Virus record (IMG/VR): IMGVR_UViG_3300037424_000492
Location: 1-47,813 of that record
DNA: 47,813 bases
Source of the DNA: a virus
Taxonomy: Duplodnaviria; Caudoviricetes
Direction: 5' to 3' (one strand)
Of this stretch, positions 7,033-16,573 are shown one piece after another (the stretch's first letter is position 1; each line of letters begins with the position of its first letter). Below the pieces are notes generated by a model, which saw only the letters and a list, made by a program, of their open reading frames with translations, was not told the origin of the DNA and ran no database searches. The position numbers and the translations under genes are program-made.

Positions 7033-9726
7033 CTATGCAAATATCTCTATATAATCCAGCAGGATATATTCGCCGCCGCCGCCGCCGCCCCAAATTTTGA
7101 CAGTATGCAAACCCGCGCCCAAATCCCCGCTCGACCATACTTCTGCCGTTTTAGTAGCACTGCCTAAATTGGTATTGACATCCGTTTGAGTTCCGCCATC
7201 GATAACAATGTGCAGTTCACTGCAATCATTCCAGCCGATATAACCCACGTCAAATGACGAGCCATCAAACTGGAAATGCAGATAGACAATCGGAGTATCT
7301 ACGCTTTCAGTCTGTGTGTTCAAATATCCCACTGGATACGTTCGTTCCGTGCCATGCGCCCAGGCCGCATCAAAATAACGATCATCGTACTTTCCGGCGG
7401 CAAGCGCATTTTCAAGCGGATAATAGATACTTGCCCCTTCCATCTCCGCGCCGGTGACGGCAGAATTATAATGCGGAGTGCCAACCAACCCGTAAATGTT
7501 ATCACGCATTTTCATGTTCGCTTCGAGCGTCTCGCCGATGTAATCATCAATCTTGCTGGTCTTGACCGCGAAACCCTGGAATACCAGGCCAGTTGTGAAA
7601 TAGTCGTAGTCGTTTTCATTCTGGTATAGTAACAAAGATTCCGCTTCGGTGATGAGTTTCGAGTACAAACGGGTATCTTTATAGTATCCATTAAGGCGGG
7701 TTGGATATTGTGTGACCGATGGAATTTGTCCCACGTGAAGGTCTATGCCCTCATCACTGACGTATGTGCCGCTGGGAGATACCGTCTCGGTTACAGCGTG
7801 CGAAACACCGTTGACGAAAATCAATGGATTATTGGCGGCGCTCGAATGATCGTATGAAACAGCAATGTGTATCCATTGATCGGTAAGGCCCGCAAGCGGA
7901 GTATCGGTAGTCTCCCAGTGTGCTTCCGCCCCACTGAATGCGGCGAATAAATGCACATCCCCGCCGCCCTCCGTGTAGACATAGAAACCAGCAATGGCTT
8001 CATCCGATACATCGCGCAACGTTTTAGATATTGCAGATTCATGCAAAATCGAAATCATATATACCCAATATGATACCGCCATCGGGGCAAGGTCATCCAC
8101 AAACGGACTGGGGCTAAAATATAAATCGTTTTGTTCGTCGCCCGCCGCCACTTTGCTGTATTTCACAGCAATTGCAGACAAGCCTTTCTTGAACGAGTAA
8201 TGCTCTTTCAATCCCCACCAGAAATCGATCACGCCGCCGGGAGTAATGCGCCAACGAATATTCTGTATCCAGTGGTACAGGTCTACGCCCGTCTCCGTGT
8301 TGGAGATATGCACGAGATCCCCCACGCGGTAATACAAAAACGCTAGCATGTGTTGGGTAGAAGTGTTGGCATTGAAATGTACCGCTTTCAATTTCGGGCT
8401 CGGGTCTTTGAGCAGGTCCACAATGCTTTCCGCTTCGGCAGTCCCCGGTATCAAACTCAATTGGTATTTTTGGTCCAACACCATTTCGCGTGTCCCGTAC
8501 TGCGCGATAGATACGCTATCCTCGACAATATTCTCATCCGGCACGTAGGTATAGATCCCATTCCCGCGCGCTTGCAAGAATGTCACATAACAGGCTGCGG
8601 TTTCTGTGCTGACCGCGTAACGCGCCGAATTCGAAAGGTATTCGACCGTCAATGTAATATTGTTGGTGTGATCCGTGCCCGTGCCGTCCGAATTGGCGAA
8701 GGCTTCATAATCTGTACTCGCCACCGGAGTGACCATGTTGTAGCCGTTTATCTTTTGTTTCCGGTTGTTCGGGTCGGTGTATTTGATCTCCCAGGTTTTC
8801 GTAACGCCAACCGGGATGTATTTATACCAGCCGTTCACCGTAGACACTTCGATTAAATTCACCAGCGCATCATCCAGCGTTTTCGTAAATGCCCGCGCAA
8901 TTACTGTATTAATCAAGTCATCCCCGTAAAATGGATTGGCATTTATCAATGCGGTAAACTCAGGTGACTGCGAATCTTCTGCAACCAGGAAACGTCCGTC
9001 TTCGGCAATGATAAACCTGTCATCTTCCGTGACGATAAAACGACTTGCAGATGCAAGAGCGGGGATTACCGACAATTCAGCTAACCCCGTTCTGTCATTC
9101 CGACTTTCTACCACCAGCCTGCCATCCCCCCGTACATAGATATAAGACATCTCGGATAACGCCAATTTGTCAAATTCGCTCACTGAACGTGTATTGAGCG
9201 CGATGTTATCGAACACGCGCTCGAACGTATAAGCACCTACGCTATAATCCGTGCCAGTCGGCTGGATAGGCATGATTGCCAGGATAGACGCTACAGCCTG
9301 TTCGATGCGCTGGCTTGCCCCAACTGTGATGTCTTTGAGCGGGAACAGTCCCGCATCATCCATAAAGTCCACGATGGTGACTTCGATCGAGCGGGGACCA
9401 TGTGGCAACTCAGACTGTTGGAAACGATCTACCCGGCCATAGAATATCGTCTTTGGTGTGCCGTCATAGGTGACGCGTACCCTGACGAACGTGCCCCTGG
9501 AGAAGCCCGCGAGTGGCGTCCCGCTGCCTTCCGGGTTGAATGTGAAAGCGGTATTTTTGAGCGTCAAACTCAAAGAGCCTACGCCTGCCGTCCTGTCGAT
9601 GTCAGAATCCGTTAGAATACCGTAACCTTCGCAGACAATATCCCCAATGACGTAAGCGGATATATCTGTCCATACCGCGCTCAGATAGGCTTCGATTTCG
9701 ACATCTTCTGGGTAATACGTGGTCAT
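7033..9726 (-). CDS. Large tail tip protein with LamG/ConA-like lectin domain
   Basis: Directly follows the tape measure; SYWVY...QWIHIAVSYD...LIFVNG...LNGYYKDTRLYSKLI LamG pattern. Confidence 0.75.
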   Translation of the reverse strand: MTTYYPEDVEIEAYLSAVWTDISAYVIGDIVCEGYGILTDSDIDRTAGVGSLSLTLKNTAFTFNPEGSGTPLAGFSRGTFVRVRVTYDGTPKTIFYGRVDRFQQSELPHGPRSIEVTIVDFMDDAGLFPLKDITVGASQRIEQAVASILAIMPIQPTGTDYSVGAYTFERVFDNIALNTRSVSEFDKLALSEMSYIYVRGDGRLVVESRNDRTGLAELSVIPALASASRFIVTEDDRFIIAEDGRFLVAEDSQSPEFTALINANPFYGDDLINTVIARAFTKTLDDALVNLIEVSTVNGWYKYIPVGVTKTWEIKYTDPNNRKQKINGYNMVTPVASTDYEAFANSDGTGTDHTNNITLTVEYLSNSARYAVSTETAACYVTFLQARGNGIYTYVPDENIVEDSVSIAQYGTREMVLDQKYQLSLIPGTAEAESIVDLLKDPSPKLKAVHFNANTSTQHMLAFLYYRVGDLVHISNTETGVDLYHWIQNIRWRITPGGVIDFWWGLKEHYSFKKGLSAIAVKYSKVAAGDEQNDLYFSPSPFVDDLAPMAVSYWVYMISILHESAISKTLRDVSDEAIAGFYVYTEGGGDVHLFAAFSGAEAHWETTDTPLAGLTDQWIHIAVSYDHSSAANNPLIFVNGVSHAVTETVSPSGTYVSDEGIDLHVGQIPSVTQYPTRLNGYYKDTRLYSKLITEAESLLLYQNENDYDYFTTGLVFQGFAVKTSKIDDYIGETLEANMKMRDNIYGLVGTPHYNSAVTGAEMEGASIYYPLENALAAGKYDDRYFDAAWAHGTERTYPVGYLNTQTESVDTPIVYLHFQFDGSSFDVGYIGWNDCSELHIVIDGGTQTDVNTNLGSATKTAEVWSSGDLGAGLHTVKIWGGGGGGEYILLDYIEIFA

Positions 9727-11219
9727 CCCATTACCTTCGAGAATTCCATACCGATATATTTAGCGAGCGTTTTCAATTGCTGGTCACTCATCCCGCCATT
9801 ATTGCTTTGCCCGGGCGGGGTAACGCTCACCTGTTCGCCGGATGAGACGCGCATCGGGAAAGAGTCGCCTGAGAAGCCAGACGGGACGGTGAAGGAGCCG
9901 CCGGACGCGAAACCCAGACCGGAGAGTGGCGGGATGGATAATTCATTCTCGCCTATTCCCCCCGTAATCCACGCGGGCGCTGAAATACCTGCAAGTTTTT
10001 CCTTGAGCGAATCTATAAATCGAATTAATGTTTCCACCTGCCATATCAGTGTGGATAAAACAATATCGATCAATTGCAGAGCGGTCTTGCCAACATCGCC
10101 AAGTCGCCCAAAATTTACTTCTGACAAACCCAATAAATCCATAAACCTGTTCCACAGAGTCCCCATGCTCTCAACAAGCTCGCTCCAATGCCCTTTTATC
10201 GCGCCCAATTCCACCTGATTGTTTTGTGCAAATTGTTCTATGTTTGTCTTGGCGCTCGTGAAAAAGTCGCCAACCTTCCCGGCCCATTCCCCAATTTGGG
10301 GGATAAGTACATCTGCAATCCAGGTAGCGGCATTACTCAAAGCCGGGATAAGTTTGTCCACTAACCAGGGGATGGCTTCGTTTTTAATCCAGAAGATAAA
10401 TTGATCCAGGCGCATTTGAAAAGCCGGGTCAGACAGAAACGCGTTGAACTGTTTTGCAAGGTCGGTGAGCACCGGCAACAATGCGCCGCCGATCTCCTCC
10501 TTGATGTTGCCAAGCTTGTTTTTTAGGATCTCCAATTGCCCGCCGAACGTCTCGCCCGCTGCGCGCGCGGAGCCGCCGAACTCCGTCTGCAACTCTTTCA
10601 AGATGAACGCCTGCGCCCCGGCAACATCTCCCGCCTCCACCATGCTTTCGATCATCTTCTTCTGTTCGTCGTTGAAGTTGACGCCAACGCGCCGCAGTGC
10701 CGTTACACCCAACACCGGGTCTTGTAATGCCTTGCCCAATTGGATTGCAGACGATTTCAAATCCTGCCCCAATGCCTGCGACATATCAAGCATGACTTCG
10801 GTGGCTTCCGGGAATATGTCCTTGCCGATATTGGTGAAAGTGAGTAAAAGATTCTCCCCGCTAATTATGGCTTCATCTTCGAATTTCGTAACGCCGCTCA
10901 GGGTATCAGCCAGGCGATTGACTTCATCGGCGGTGACGCCCGCAATGCCACCAGTAGATTCCAATACCGCGTTGAGTTGCGCTTGCACGTCCTGCGCTTC
11001 GGCGGCGGCCTGCACAGAGTCGAATATGCCCTTGCCAAGCGCCACAGCACCAGCGGCGGCGGCGATAAAGCCCGCCTTGAGCACAGTCCCGGCAATGTTG
11101 CCTACCGACTGCATAACACCACCCAGACCTGATGTGCTACTGGTCGCATCCGTCAAGCCTTTATGGTATTTGGAGCTATCCAAGCCTAGTTCAACCCAAA
11201 GCGTAGCGACTGTGGTCAT
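9723..11219 (-). CDS. Tape measure protein (short, 498 aa)
   Basis: ATLWVELGLD N-terminus; QLGKALQDP...LRRVGVNF; FGGSARAAGETFGGQLEILKN; GFASGGSF C-terminus. Confidence 0.9.
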   Translation of the reverse strand: MTTVATLWVELGLDSSKYHKGLTDATSSTSGLGGVMQSVGNIAGTVLKAGFIAAAAGAVALGKGIFDSVQAAAEAQDVQAQLNAVLESTGGIAGVTADEVNRLADTLSGVTKFEDEAIISGENLLLTFTNIGKDIFPEATEVMLDMSQALGQDLKSSAIQLGKALQDPVLGVTALRRVGVNFNDEQKKMIESMVEAGDVAGAQAFILKELQTEFGGSARAAGETFGGQLEILKNKLGNIKEEIGGALLPVLTDLAKQFNAFLSDPAFQMRLDQFIFWIKNEAIPWLVDKLIPALSNAATWIADVLIPQIGEWAGKVGDFFTSAKTNIEQFAQNNQVELGAIKGHWSELVESMGTLWNRFMDLLGLSEVNFGRLGDVGKTALQLIDIVLSTLIWQVETLIRFIDSLKEKLAGISAPAWITGGIGENELSIPPLSGLGFASGGSFTVPSGFSGDSFPMRVSSGEQVSVTPPGQSNNGGMSDQQLKTLAKYIGMEFSKVMG

Positions 11220-11545
11220 GGTTCCTTCTTTGAAATTGTGCCGCCCATCGCAATGGTCAAAGTTTTTGCAAAGTTGATCGCGCCTTCGATGCCTTGCTCT
11301 TGTTCTTTCGCTCGCTCGAATTTCGGCATAAAGTCCTCGATTGGTATTGCCTTGTGTCCCTTGCGGCGGTTGACATTTGCGACAGTACTGGCGGTGATCG
11401 CGTGCCCGAAGTACTCAGCCTCAGCGCCAAATGGTTCTATAGTATAAAAGGCGAGCCACTCCGTAAGCTCTTCGCTGGAAATACGCGCCAAGAGTTCGGC
11501 GCGCGTCATCCCCAGGTGGCCCGCTAGTCGGAAGGTGAATCGTCG
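11216..11545 (-). CDS. Tail assembly chaperone, frameshift extension (gpT-like)
   Basis: -1 frame reads RRFTFRLAGHLGMTRAELLARISSEELTEWLAFY. Confidence 0.8.
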   Translation of the reverse strand, partial: RRFTFRLAGHLGMTRAELLARISSEELTEWLAFYTIEPFGAEAEYFGHAITASTVANVNRRKGHKAIPIEDFMPKFERAKEQEQGIEGAINFAKTLTIAMGGTISKKEP

Positions 11546-11931
11546 AAAGGGTCTTTTTCAAGCCCTTCGGCCAACTCTTCAACGTCTTTTTGTCCAATAC
11601 CAGACAGACGACAGGCAACATCGAACACCAATTGCAAAGCGGCGGCAGACTTGGCTCCCAGCGCTTTGACATCGGCGGGGGTGAATAGCTTGTTCCCGTC
11701 CACATCGCAGGCAGTCAGGGAAACCAACTTGGCGCGAATATTCGTCATGTTGGTCTGTACATTCTTACCTTTGGTCGAGACAATAGCCGCTTCGAAGGCG
11801 TCCCGCTCCGTGCCGGTCATACCTTCGACAAACACACTACCGCCCCAAAGTTCCACATACACTTCTTCGATTTTGATGTCTTGCGCCTGCAAGATTTGTT
11901 CTCTGGTCAGTGACACTTTGGCCTTAGCCAT
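11524..11931 (-). CDS. Tail assembly chaperone (gpG-like)
   Basis: LTREQIL...EEVYVELWGGSV...MTGTERDAFE; lies between tail tube and tape measure. Confidence 0.85.
   Translation of the reverse strand: MAKAKVSLTREQILQAQDIKIEEVYVELWGGSVFVEGMTGTERDAFEAAIVSTKGKNVQTNMTNIRAKLVSLTACDVDGNKLFTPADVKALGAKSAAALQLVFDVACRLSGIGQKDVEELAEGLEKDPFDDSPSD
11545..11551 (-). promoter_or_regulatory. -1 ribosomal frameshift slippery heptamer C CCT TTC
   Basis: XXXYYYZ in the correct phase, 6 codons before the chaperone stop. Confidence 0.85.
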
Positions 11932-12145
11932 TCTTTTCTTCTTTCTGTGGTGCAACCACTACAGTGAGATAACCTTCGTCATCCGACAAAATCAAGGAGT
12001 TCATTTGAAGCAGTCCAAGCAGCCTTGAATGGACATCGATATTGATTGGCGAGTCTTTGACAATGCCATATAAATTACACTTGGTCACGTCATCGTAAAA
12101 CCATTCAAGATTGCCACCTTGAAATGCAAGTACAATTTGAGACAT
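11924..12145 (-). CDS. Inserted hypothetical protein
   Basis: 73-aa ORF overlapping the chaperone start. Confidence 0.55.
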   Translation of the reverse strand: MSQIVLAFQGGNLEWFYDDVTKCNLYGIVKDSPINIDVHSRLLGLLQMNSLILSDDEGYLTVVVAPQKEEKNG

Positions 12146-12179
12146 GCAATACTTCTTTCTCCCGTCATAGCGGGGTAGA

Positions 12180-12602
12180 TCAAACTAGGGTTGGAACTCC
12201 TGTTATTTTGATGGAAACGCTGGCAGTCAACGCGCCTTCGTGTGGCATGGCGGGCTCGAAGCCCACCACGTAGGCTGAAAACGTCCATTCGGTCGCTGCC
12301 GTATCAGGAAACACCAGGGTGTACGTGGTCGCCGTGCGGTCTGCCAGGTCATCCAACAAACCACCCGTGGCATACTTGTGGGTTGCGTTGGCGGGGTCGT
12401 AAACAATGTCGAAAGTCAGTTCCCCCGAACGCAGGACGGACACCACAACTTCTTCCCAGGCACCGGTACTATCGTGGCTGGTTACTTCCACCGTATCGGC
12501 GGACAAGCCCGGCCCGGAAAAGCTTTGCACTTGCGCGATAAGCGTACCAGCACCGGATGTGCCGCGATATAGTTTTGTTCCATAAGCATCATATTTCGCC
12601 AT
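12180..12602 (-). CDS. Tail tube protein, copy 2 (minimal)
   Basis: SGPGLSADTVEVTSHDS...LRSGELTFDIVYDP...LTASVSIKITGVP. Confidence 0.9.
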   Translation of the reverse strand: MAKYDAYGTKLYRGTSGAGTLIAQVQSFSGPGLSADTVEVTSHDSTGAWEEVVVSVLRSGELTFDIVYDPANATHKYATGGLLDDLADRTATTYTLVFPDTAATEWTFSAYVVGFEPAMPHEGALTASVSIKITGVPTLV

Positions 12603-12613
12603 TTCCAATCTCC

Positions 12614-13372
12614 TTATACAAGCGTTGGCACGGATGAGATCTTGACTGTCACGCTCGCAGTTAGCGCACCCTCTACCGGTTCGCCCGGCTCGAAGCCATT
12701 CACATATCCATTGAAAGCCCAGGTCGTATTGGCCGTATCAGGGAAGACAAGCGAGAAGTTTGTGAGCGTCCTGTTTTCCAGGCGCGTCAGCAGTCCCGCG
12801 CCGCCGGTCGCATCGTGCGTATCTGCCGCTGGGTCGTAGACAATATCCAGCGTGACTTCCCCGCTGCGCAGGATACTTACCACGACTTCTTCCCAGGCGT
12901 TTGTACTGTCGTGCGTTGTCACGTCAACGGTATCAGCAGCTAACCCCGGCCCGCTAATAGTTTGGACCTGTGCGATAGTTGCGAGTGCTACTCCTGCGGT
13001 CGTATCGTTCGATGTAGCATCATCGGTCAGCCCGCCACTGGTGTCATCGGCATATGCCAGGTTGAGCGTCGCATCATTTGCGGCGGCAACCAGGCGAGTG
13101 ACAATGACATTCGGCCCGTTGGCGACTACCGAAAACAGGGCGGTGATGTCCGCGTCCAGGTTGAGCGCGGCGGCGGCTTTTGTCGCTACCGTATCGGCGC
13201 TATCCCCGGTCCCCAGCGTTACCGCAGTCGGGGAGCCAGAGCCGGTCATGCCGGAAGCGGTCAAGGTAAAATTCGCGTCACCCGCCGTAACAGATGTGAT
13301 CGCTACAACGGCGGTTTCTACCTGGTTTGTCCCTATTTTCAATTGAGTCCCGTAAGCATCGTATTTAGCCAT
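12614..13372 (-). CDS. Tail tube protein, copy 1, with ~110-aa inserted domain
   Basis: Same motifs as 12180-12602 plus an A/T-rich insertion after MAKYDAYGTQLKIG. Confidence 0.88.
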   Translation of the reverse strand: MAKYDAYGTQLKIGTNQVETAVVAITSVTAGDANFTLTASGMTGSGSPTAVTLGTGDSADTVATKAAAALNLDADITALFSVVANGPNVIVTRLVAAANDATLNLAYADDTSGGLTDDATSNDTTAGVALATIAQVQTISGPGLAADTVDVTTHDSTNAWEEVVVSILRSGEVTLDIVYDPAADTHDATGGAGLLTRLENRTLTNFSLVFPDTANTTWAFNGYVNGFEPGEPVEGALTASVTVKISSVPTLV

Positions 13373-13537
13373 TTATTCTTCCTTATAGCCAATATTGGCT
13401 ATCCGACAACCGGCCTTGATTAACATAAGCCCAACCCTGAATAAAATACTTTTTTTGGTAATTACATGAACATTTAACGTAATATGTTTTGCCAGACTTC
13501 GTTCGTCAAGGGCTATTTTTATTTCTTCTGATGCCAT
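13373..13537 (-). CDS. Small inserted hypothetical protein (54 aa)
   Basis: AGGAG RBS; start overlaps the upstream stop; stop abuts the tail tube ATG. Confidence 0.55.
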   Translation of the reverse strand: MASEEIKIALDERSLAKHITLNVHVITKKSILFRVGLMLIKAGCRIANIGYKEE

Positions 13538-13731
13538 TAATTGCTCCTGTATTCTCCAAGTACGGCTTTTTCGTTTTCTTTATCCAACACATTCACAAAC
13601 CAGGCCGGAGAATTGTCAAAATAAACCTGTTCTACCGTGCCGAATTGCTTGAACGACACAGGGATGCCGTACTTTTCAGCGATTTCTAACATTGTGACTT
13701 CTTCTGGCAAAGCATCTCTATAAATCGCCAT
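13537..13731 (-). CDS. Inserted hypothetical protein
   Basis: AGGAG RBS; starts MAIYRDALP. Confidence 0.6.
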   Translation of the reverse strand: MAIYRDALPEEVTMLEIAEKYGIPVSFKQFGTVEQVYFDNSPAWFVNVLDKENEKAVLGEYRSN

Positions 13732-13732
13732 G

Positions 13733-14035
13733 CTAACTCCTACTTTCTGCAATTTGCCTGTATTGCGCTTTGGTAATTTCTGTCCACTCTCCCGGCGGCT
13801 TTTCAGGAGTTCCGACAACGCGCCCCGTCTCGCCATGTTGCCAATATTTCATTTCGCCGTCATGCAGCAATTGTTCCGCCTTTTCTTCTTCAAGATATTG
13901 CTGATGAATATGATTAGCAAATTCTTTCAGGTATTGACTGGCAAGATTTACGTGAAACATAGTTCGATCTATGTCTCCTGTGATTGCCCACTCGTAAGCT
14001 ACTTGCAATTCAAGTTCAATTTGTTTTTTATACAT
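13733..14035 (-). CDS. Inserted hypothetical protein
   Basis: 100-aa ORF within the neck-tail operon. Confidence 0.6.
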   Translation of the reverse strand: MYKKQIELELQVAYEWAITGDIDRTMFHVNLASQYLKEFANHIHQQYLEEEKAEQLLHDGEMKYWQHGETGRVVGTPEKPPGEWTEITKAQYRQIAESRS

Positions 14036-14037
14036 CT

Positions 14038-14442
14038 CTATCCATTCTGTCCGATAAGCACATCGGACGAACGCCTGAATAATTGCGCGCCTGGGTCATA
14101 GTTGCTGCGCGTATTGACTACAAAAGATGACCCGGCAGTAAAGCTGCCAATCGTGCCCCGGTAGCCAGACAATACCGTTTTTATTGCCGCCATGCCGGAG
14201 TTGGCAGTGCTTTTCACATTTGAGTACACGTCAACCTGAAAGAGTGTTCTGTCTTTCAAATCGCCGTCGTGGGCATACTCCATACTCTCGGTTACGGTGC
14301 GAATAATCGCAAATGGGTATGTTATGGTGACACTCGCATCCACCCGGTCAATGTAAATCCTGGTATTGGTTGCGCCGAATGCAGTCTGGACACCAGCCTG
14401 AGCAATCAAAAATGTTCGCAGGGATGACTCAGCGTCCGCCAT
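14038..14442 (-). CDS. Tail terminator / tail completion protein (DUF3168-like)
   Basis: TRIY...YPFAII...FQVDVYS...LSGYRG; synteny. Confidence 0.8.
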   Translation of the reverse strand: MADAESSLRTFLIAQAGVQTAFGATNTRIYIDRVDASVTITYPFAIIRTVTESMEYAHDGDLKDRTLFQVDVYSNVKSTANSGMAAIKTVLSGYRGTIGSFTAGSSFVVNTRSNYDPGAQLFRRSSDVLIGQNG

Positions 14443-14812
14443 GAAATTTCTCCATCAACTTCGCCTTGAATGCCGCTGACGCCGCGCGGTTGACATTGCC
14501 TTCGTTGCCGAATGCGGACGGTCTCACAAAAGGCTGGATGGGGTAATTGGGCTTCGATGTCACGCCGAATTCGATAGCAGGTGCATAAGTCGTCTCTGGT
14601 CCGATGTGGTCTATTACGCGTTGGTCATTGGCTTCCTGGATGTGCGGCTGTACGCTGTTTTTCGTGTCAGACGTATCTACCGGCACCAAGCGCCGCTGTA
14701 CGTTGACAATTTCGAATGCGGCGGTTTTCTCGATGTCTAGCAGGTCATTAGCATCCAGCCCAGCAGCCTGGAGTACTCGCATAACGTCTTTTGCATTGAC
14801 TTTGATGCTCAT
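14429..14812 (-). CDS. HK97 gp10-like neck protein
   Basis: VPVDTSDTKNS...YAPAIEFG...QPFVRPS. Confidence 0.8.
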   Translation of the reverse strand: MSIKVNAKDVMRVLQAAGLDANDLLDIEKTAAFEIVNVQRRLVPVDTSDTKNSVQPHIQEANDQRVIDHIGPETTYAPAIEFGVTSKPNYPIQPFVRPSAFGNEGNVNRAASAAFKAKLMEKFHGGR

Positions 14813-15048
14813 ATCTGCGCCTTGATAACATTCTTTAGTTGCTCTGTCGGCAACCAATTTTCTGGTTTTGGAACATCTAAATGATGCCATTGCATGCCAT
14901 TTGCAACCCATTCCTCCCTGAGCTCTTCGTGTGTCCAACTATTATCGCTATATCCGAATTCACAACTACAACATGGGCAAATCGACCAATCTTCTGGTGG
15001 AAGGGGCAATCCATCATATCCACAAACCGGACAGGTATAAGTTTTCAT
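14809..15048 (-). CDS. CPCC-type cysteine-rich inserted protein
   Basis: YTCPVCGY...ICPCCSCEFGYSD...LREEW. Confidence 0.7.
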   Translation of the reverse strand: MKTYTCPVCGYDGLPLPPEDWSICPCCSCEFGYSDNSWTHEELREEWVANGMQWHHLDVPKPENWLPTEQLKNVIKAQI

Positions 15049-15434
15049 ATTTGCACCTTCTTCAACGCGCACACATAGCCGAATGTGCCCCGGTCTTGAA
15101 TGCCGATGATCTCGAATGTTGCATCTGTAAATGCGCTATCGCCCCACCGGCCAGTTACCGTAAACCTGTTCCCGCGCGCTGGTGCGGTAGATCCCGCAAA
15201 GCGCACCTCAGCGGCAATTTGCTCGATGTCTGCAAAATCCTTCCAGCGCTCCATGTCCGGCGCATCTGTGAATGAACAAGCCAAGATGATCGGCGTGGTA
15301 GTCACCACCGGCTGGCCGTATTCATCCAGGCTAGTGACAGTATCTTGTAGCAGGCTGCCTATATCGCTGTAGAAATGCTCGACGGTTTTTCGTTGCAATT
15401 GTTTGGCGAGCCGGTTAGATGCTAGGACAGGCAT
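15045..15434 (-). CDS. Head closure / head-tail adaptor
   Basis: DEYGQPV motif; synteny. Confidence 0.65.
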   Translation of the reverse strand: MPVLASNRLAKQLQRKTVEHFYSDIGSLLQDTVTSLDEYGQPVVTTTPIILACSFTDAPDMERWKDFADIEQIAAEVRFAGSTAPARGNRFTVTGRWGDSAFTDATFEIIGIQDRGTFGYVCALKKVQI

Positions 15435-15627
15435 TTTTCTCCAGCGGTATTACTTTCCCTTTTGCCGGCCTGTGTTCAGCACACCCAAATTTCAAGTCGG
15501 CAATCAAGAACCTTTCCCAATCGGCGCAAGTTGGTTCCAACTCAATCGAATCTGCCGTTACTTCTGTAGCCCCAGCGCCACAAACAGCACAGACGTTATT
15601 TTGCAAAAGTATCTTAAGCGCAGGCAT
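15415..15627 (-). CDS. Inserted small Zn-binding protein
   Basis: CAVC...CAEH; coupled on both sides. Confidence 0.55.
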   Translation of the reverse strand: MPALKILLQNNVCAVCGAGATEVTADSIELEPTCADWERFLIADLKFGCAEHRPAKGKVIPLEKNACPSI

Positions 15628-16040
15628 TACGGACTCCCGTCATAGACTGCCGTTTCATCGGTCTCTTCGGTAGCCACGCGGTCGGCACTGGTGTACTGGT
15701 AACTATCTGCCCGGTAAGGCAGGCTGATGGTAGCCGTAGCCGTCACGCCACCCAGGTTGATCCCGAATTCCTGCGCTTTCAATTTCAGCAGATTCTCGAA
15801 TCCCTTACGTGCTTCGACATTCGAGACACGCAGCCAGTCTTTATAAAAGTCGGGGCTTGATAACTGGGTGATGATATAGCGAATGCAGGCGATGGATGCC
15901 GCGCCTACGGAGCCTTCAATAGTCAGTAGCGCGGTGATGGTTTCATCAGCCAAGTACGCGCCGTCTGAGTTCGTGTCCCCTACATGGAAGCGGACCAAAG
16001 CTAAATCGGTAGACAGGTTGGTCGCAAAGGTGAACGTCAT
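15627..16040 (-). CDS. Head-tail connector protein
   Basis: VRFHVGDT...LADETITALL N-terminal motif. Confidence 0.75.
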   Translation of the reverse strand: MTFTFATNLSTDLALVRFHVGDTNSDGAYLADETITALLTIEGSVGAASIACIRYIITQLSSPDFYKDWLRVSNVEARKGFENLLKLKAQEFGINLGGVTATATISLPYRADSYQYTSADRVATEETDETAVYDGSP

Positions 16041-16432
16041 TAGCGCATTTCGTAAAGTACGCCGACCGTTACACAGTCGGTCAGCGCATCAGCCTGAGCA
16101 ACAGCAACACGGATTTGCCCATTGACTACATACGGCTCGTAAATTTCGTTCGTGCCGTCATAGGTTACAGTGGCTTCGGCGTTATCTTCTACCGCACGGC
16201 GGGGATAGCGCATCACATCAGTGGCGCTACTTGTCTCAACGTGGATGGTTTGCCAGTCCACTGACCCGATGTGCTCAGTAATCGTGACATCGGTCGTAGC
16301 TGGTGCGCTGGCGTGATAATCGATCCGCAGAGCCAGGATATGCCCGCTAATTGCCGCGTTACTATTCGCCGCGCCGGTCGCATTTGCGGCCGTGCCGGTG
16401 GTGGTAACTTTGATAGTCTCTTCTCGAATCAT
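16040..16432 (-). CDS. Virion-associated beta-sandwich protein
   Basis: Beta-rich 130-aa ORF in the head module. Confidence 0.55.
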   Translation of the reverse strand: MIREETIKVTTTGTAANATGAANSNAAISGHILALRIDYHASAPATTDVTITEHIGSVDWQTIHVETSSATDVMRYPRRAVEDNAEATVTYDGTNEIYEPYVVNGQIRVAVAQADALTDCVTVGVLYEMR

Positions 16433-16436
16433 AGTC

Positions 16437-16571
16437 TCACCCTATCGCGTGAGCGATGCCCAGGATAACCGCCGAAATCCCTACTAATACTTCCAGGTAG
16501 GGGAGACCTACGCCCAGATATAGCAGGCCGATCAGCAGGAAGAAAACAACGGTGCATATTTTGAGTAACAT
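16437..16571 (-). CDS. 44-aa two-TM membrane peptide
   Basis: My translation is MLLKICTVVFFLLIGLLYLGVGLPYLEVLVGISAVILGIAHAIG; GGAG RBS. Confidence 0.6.
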   Translation of the reverse strand: MLLKICTVVFFLLIGLLYLGVGLPYLEVLVGISAVILGIAHAIG

Positions 16572-16573
16572 CT

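Noticed and set aside
5973-9726. Diversity-generating retroelement targeting tail genes
   Set aside because: No reverse transcriptase and no TR/VR repeat pair seen.
10444-11277. 277-aa plus-strand ORF and similar long antisense ORFs over structural genes
   Set aside because: They are codon-bias shadows of minus-strand genes such as the tape measure.
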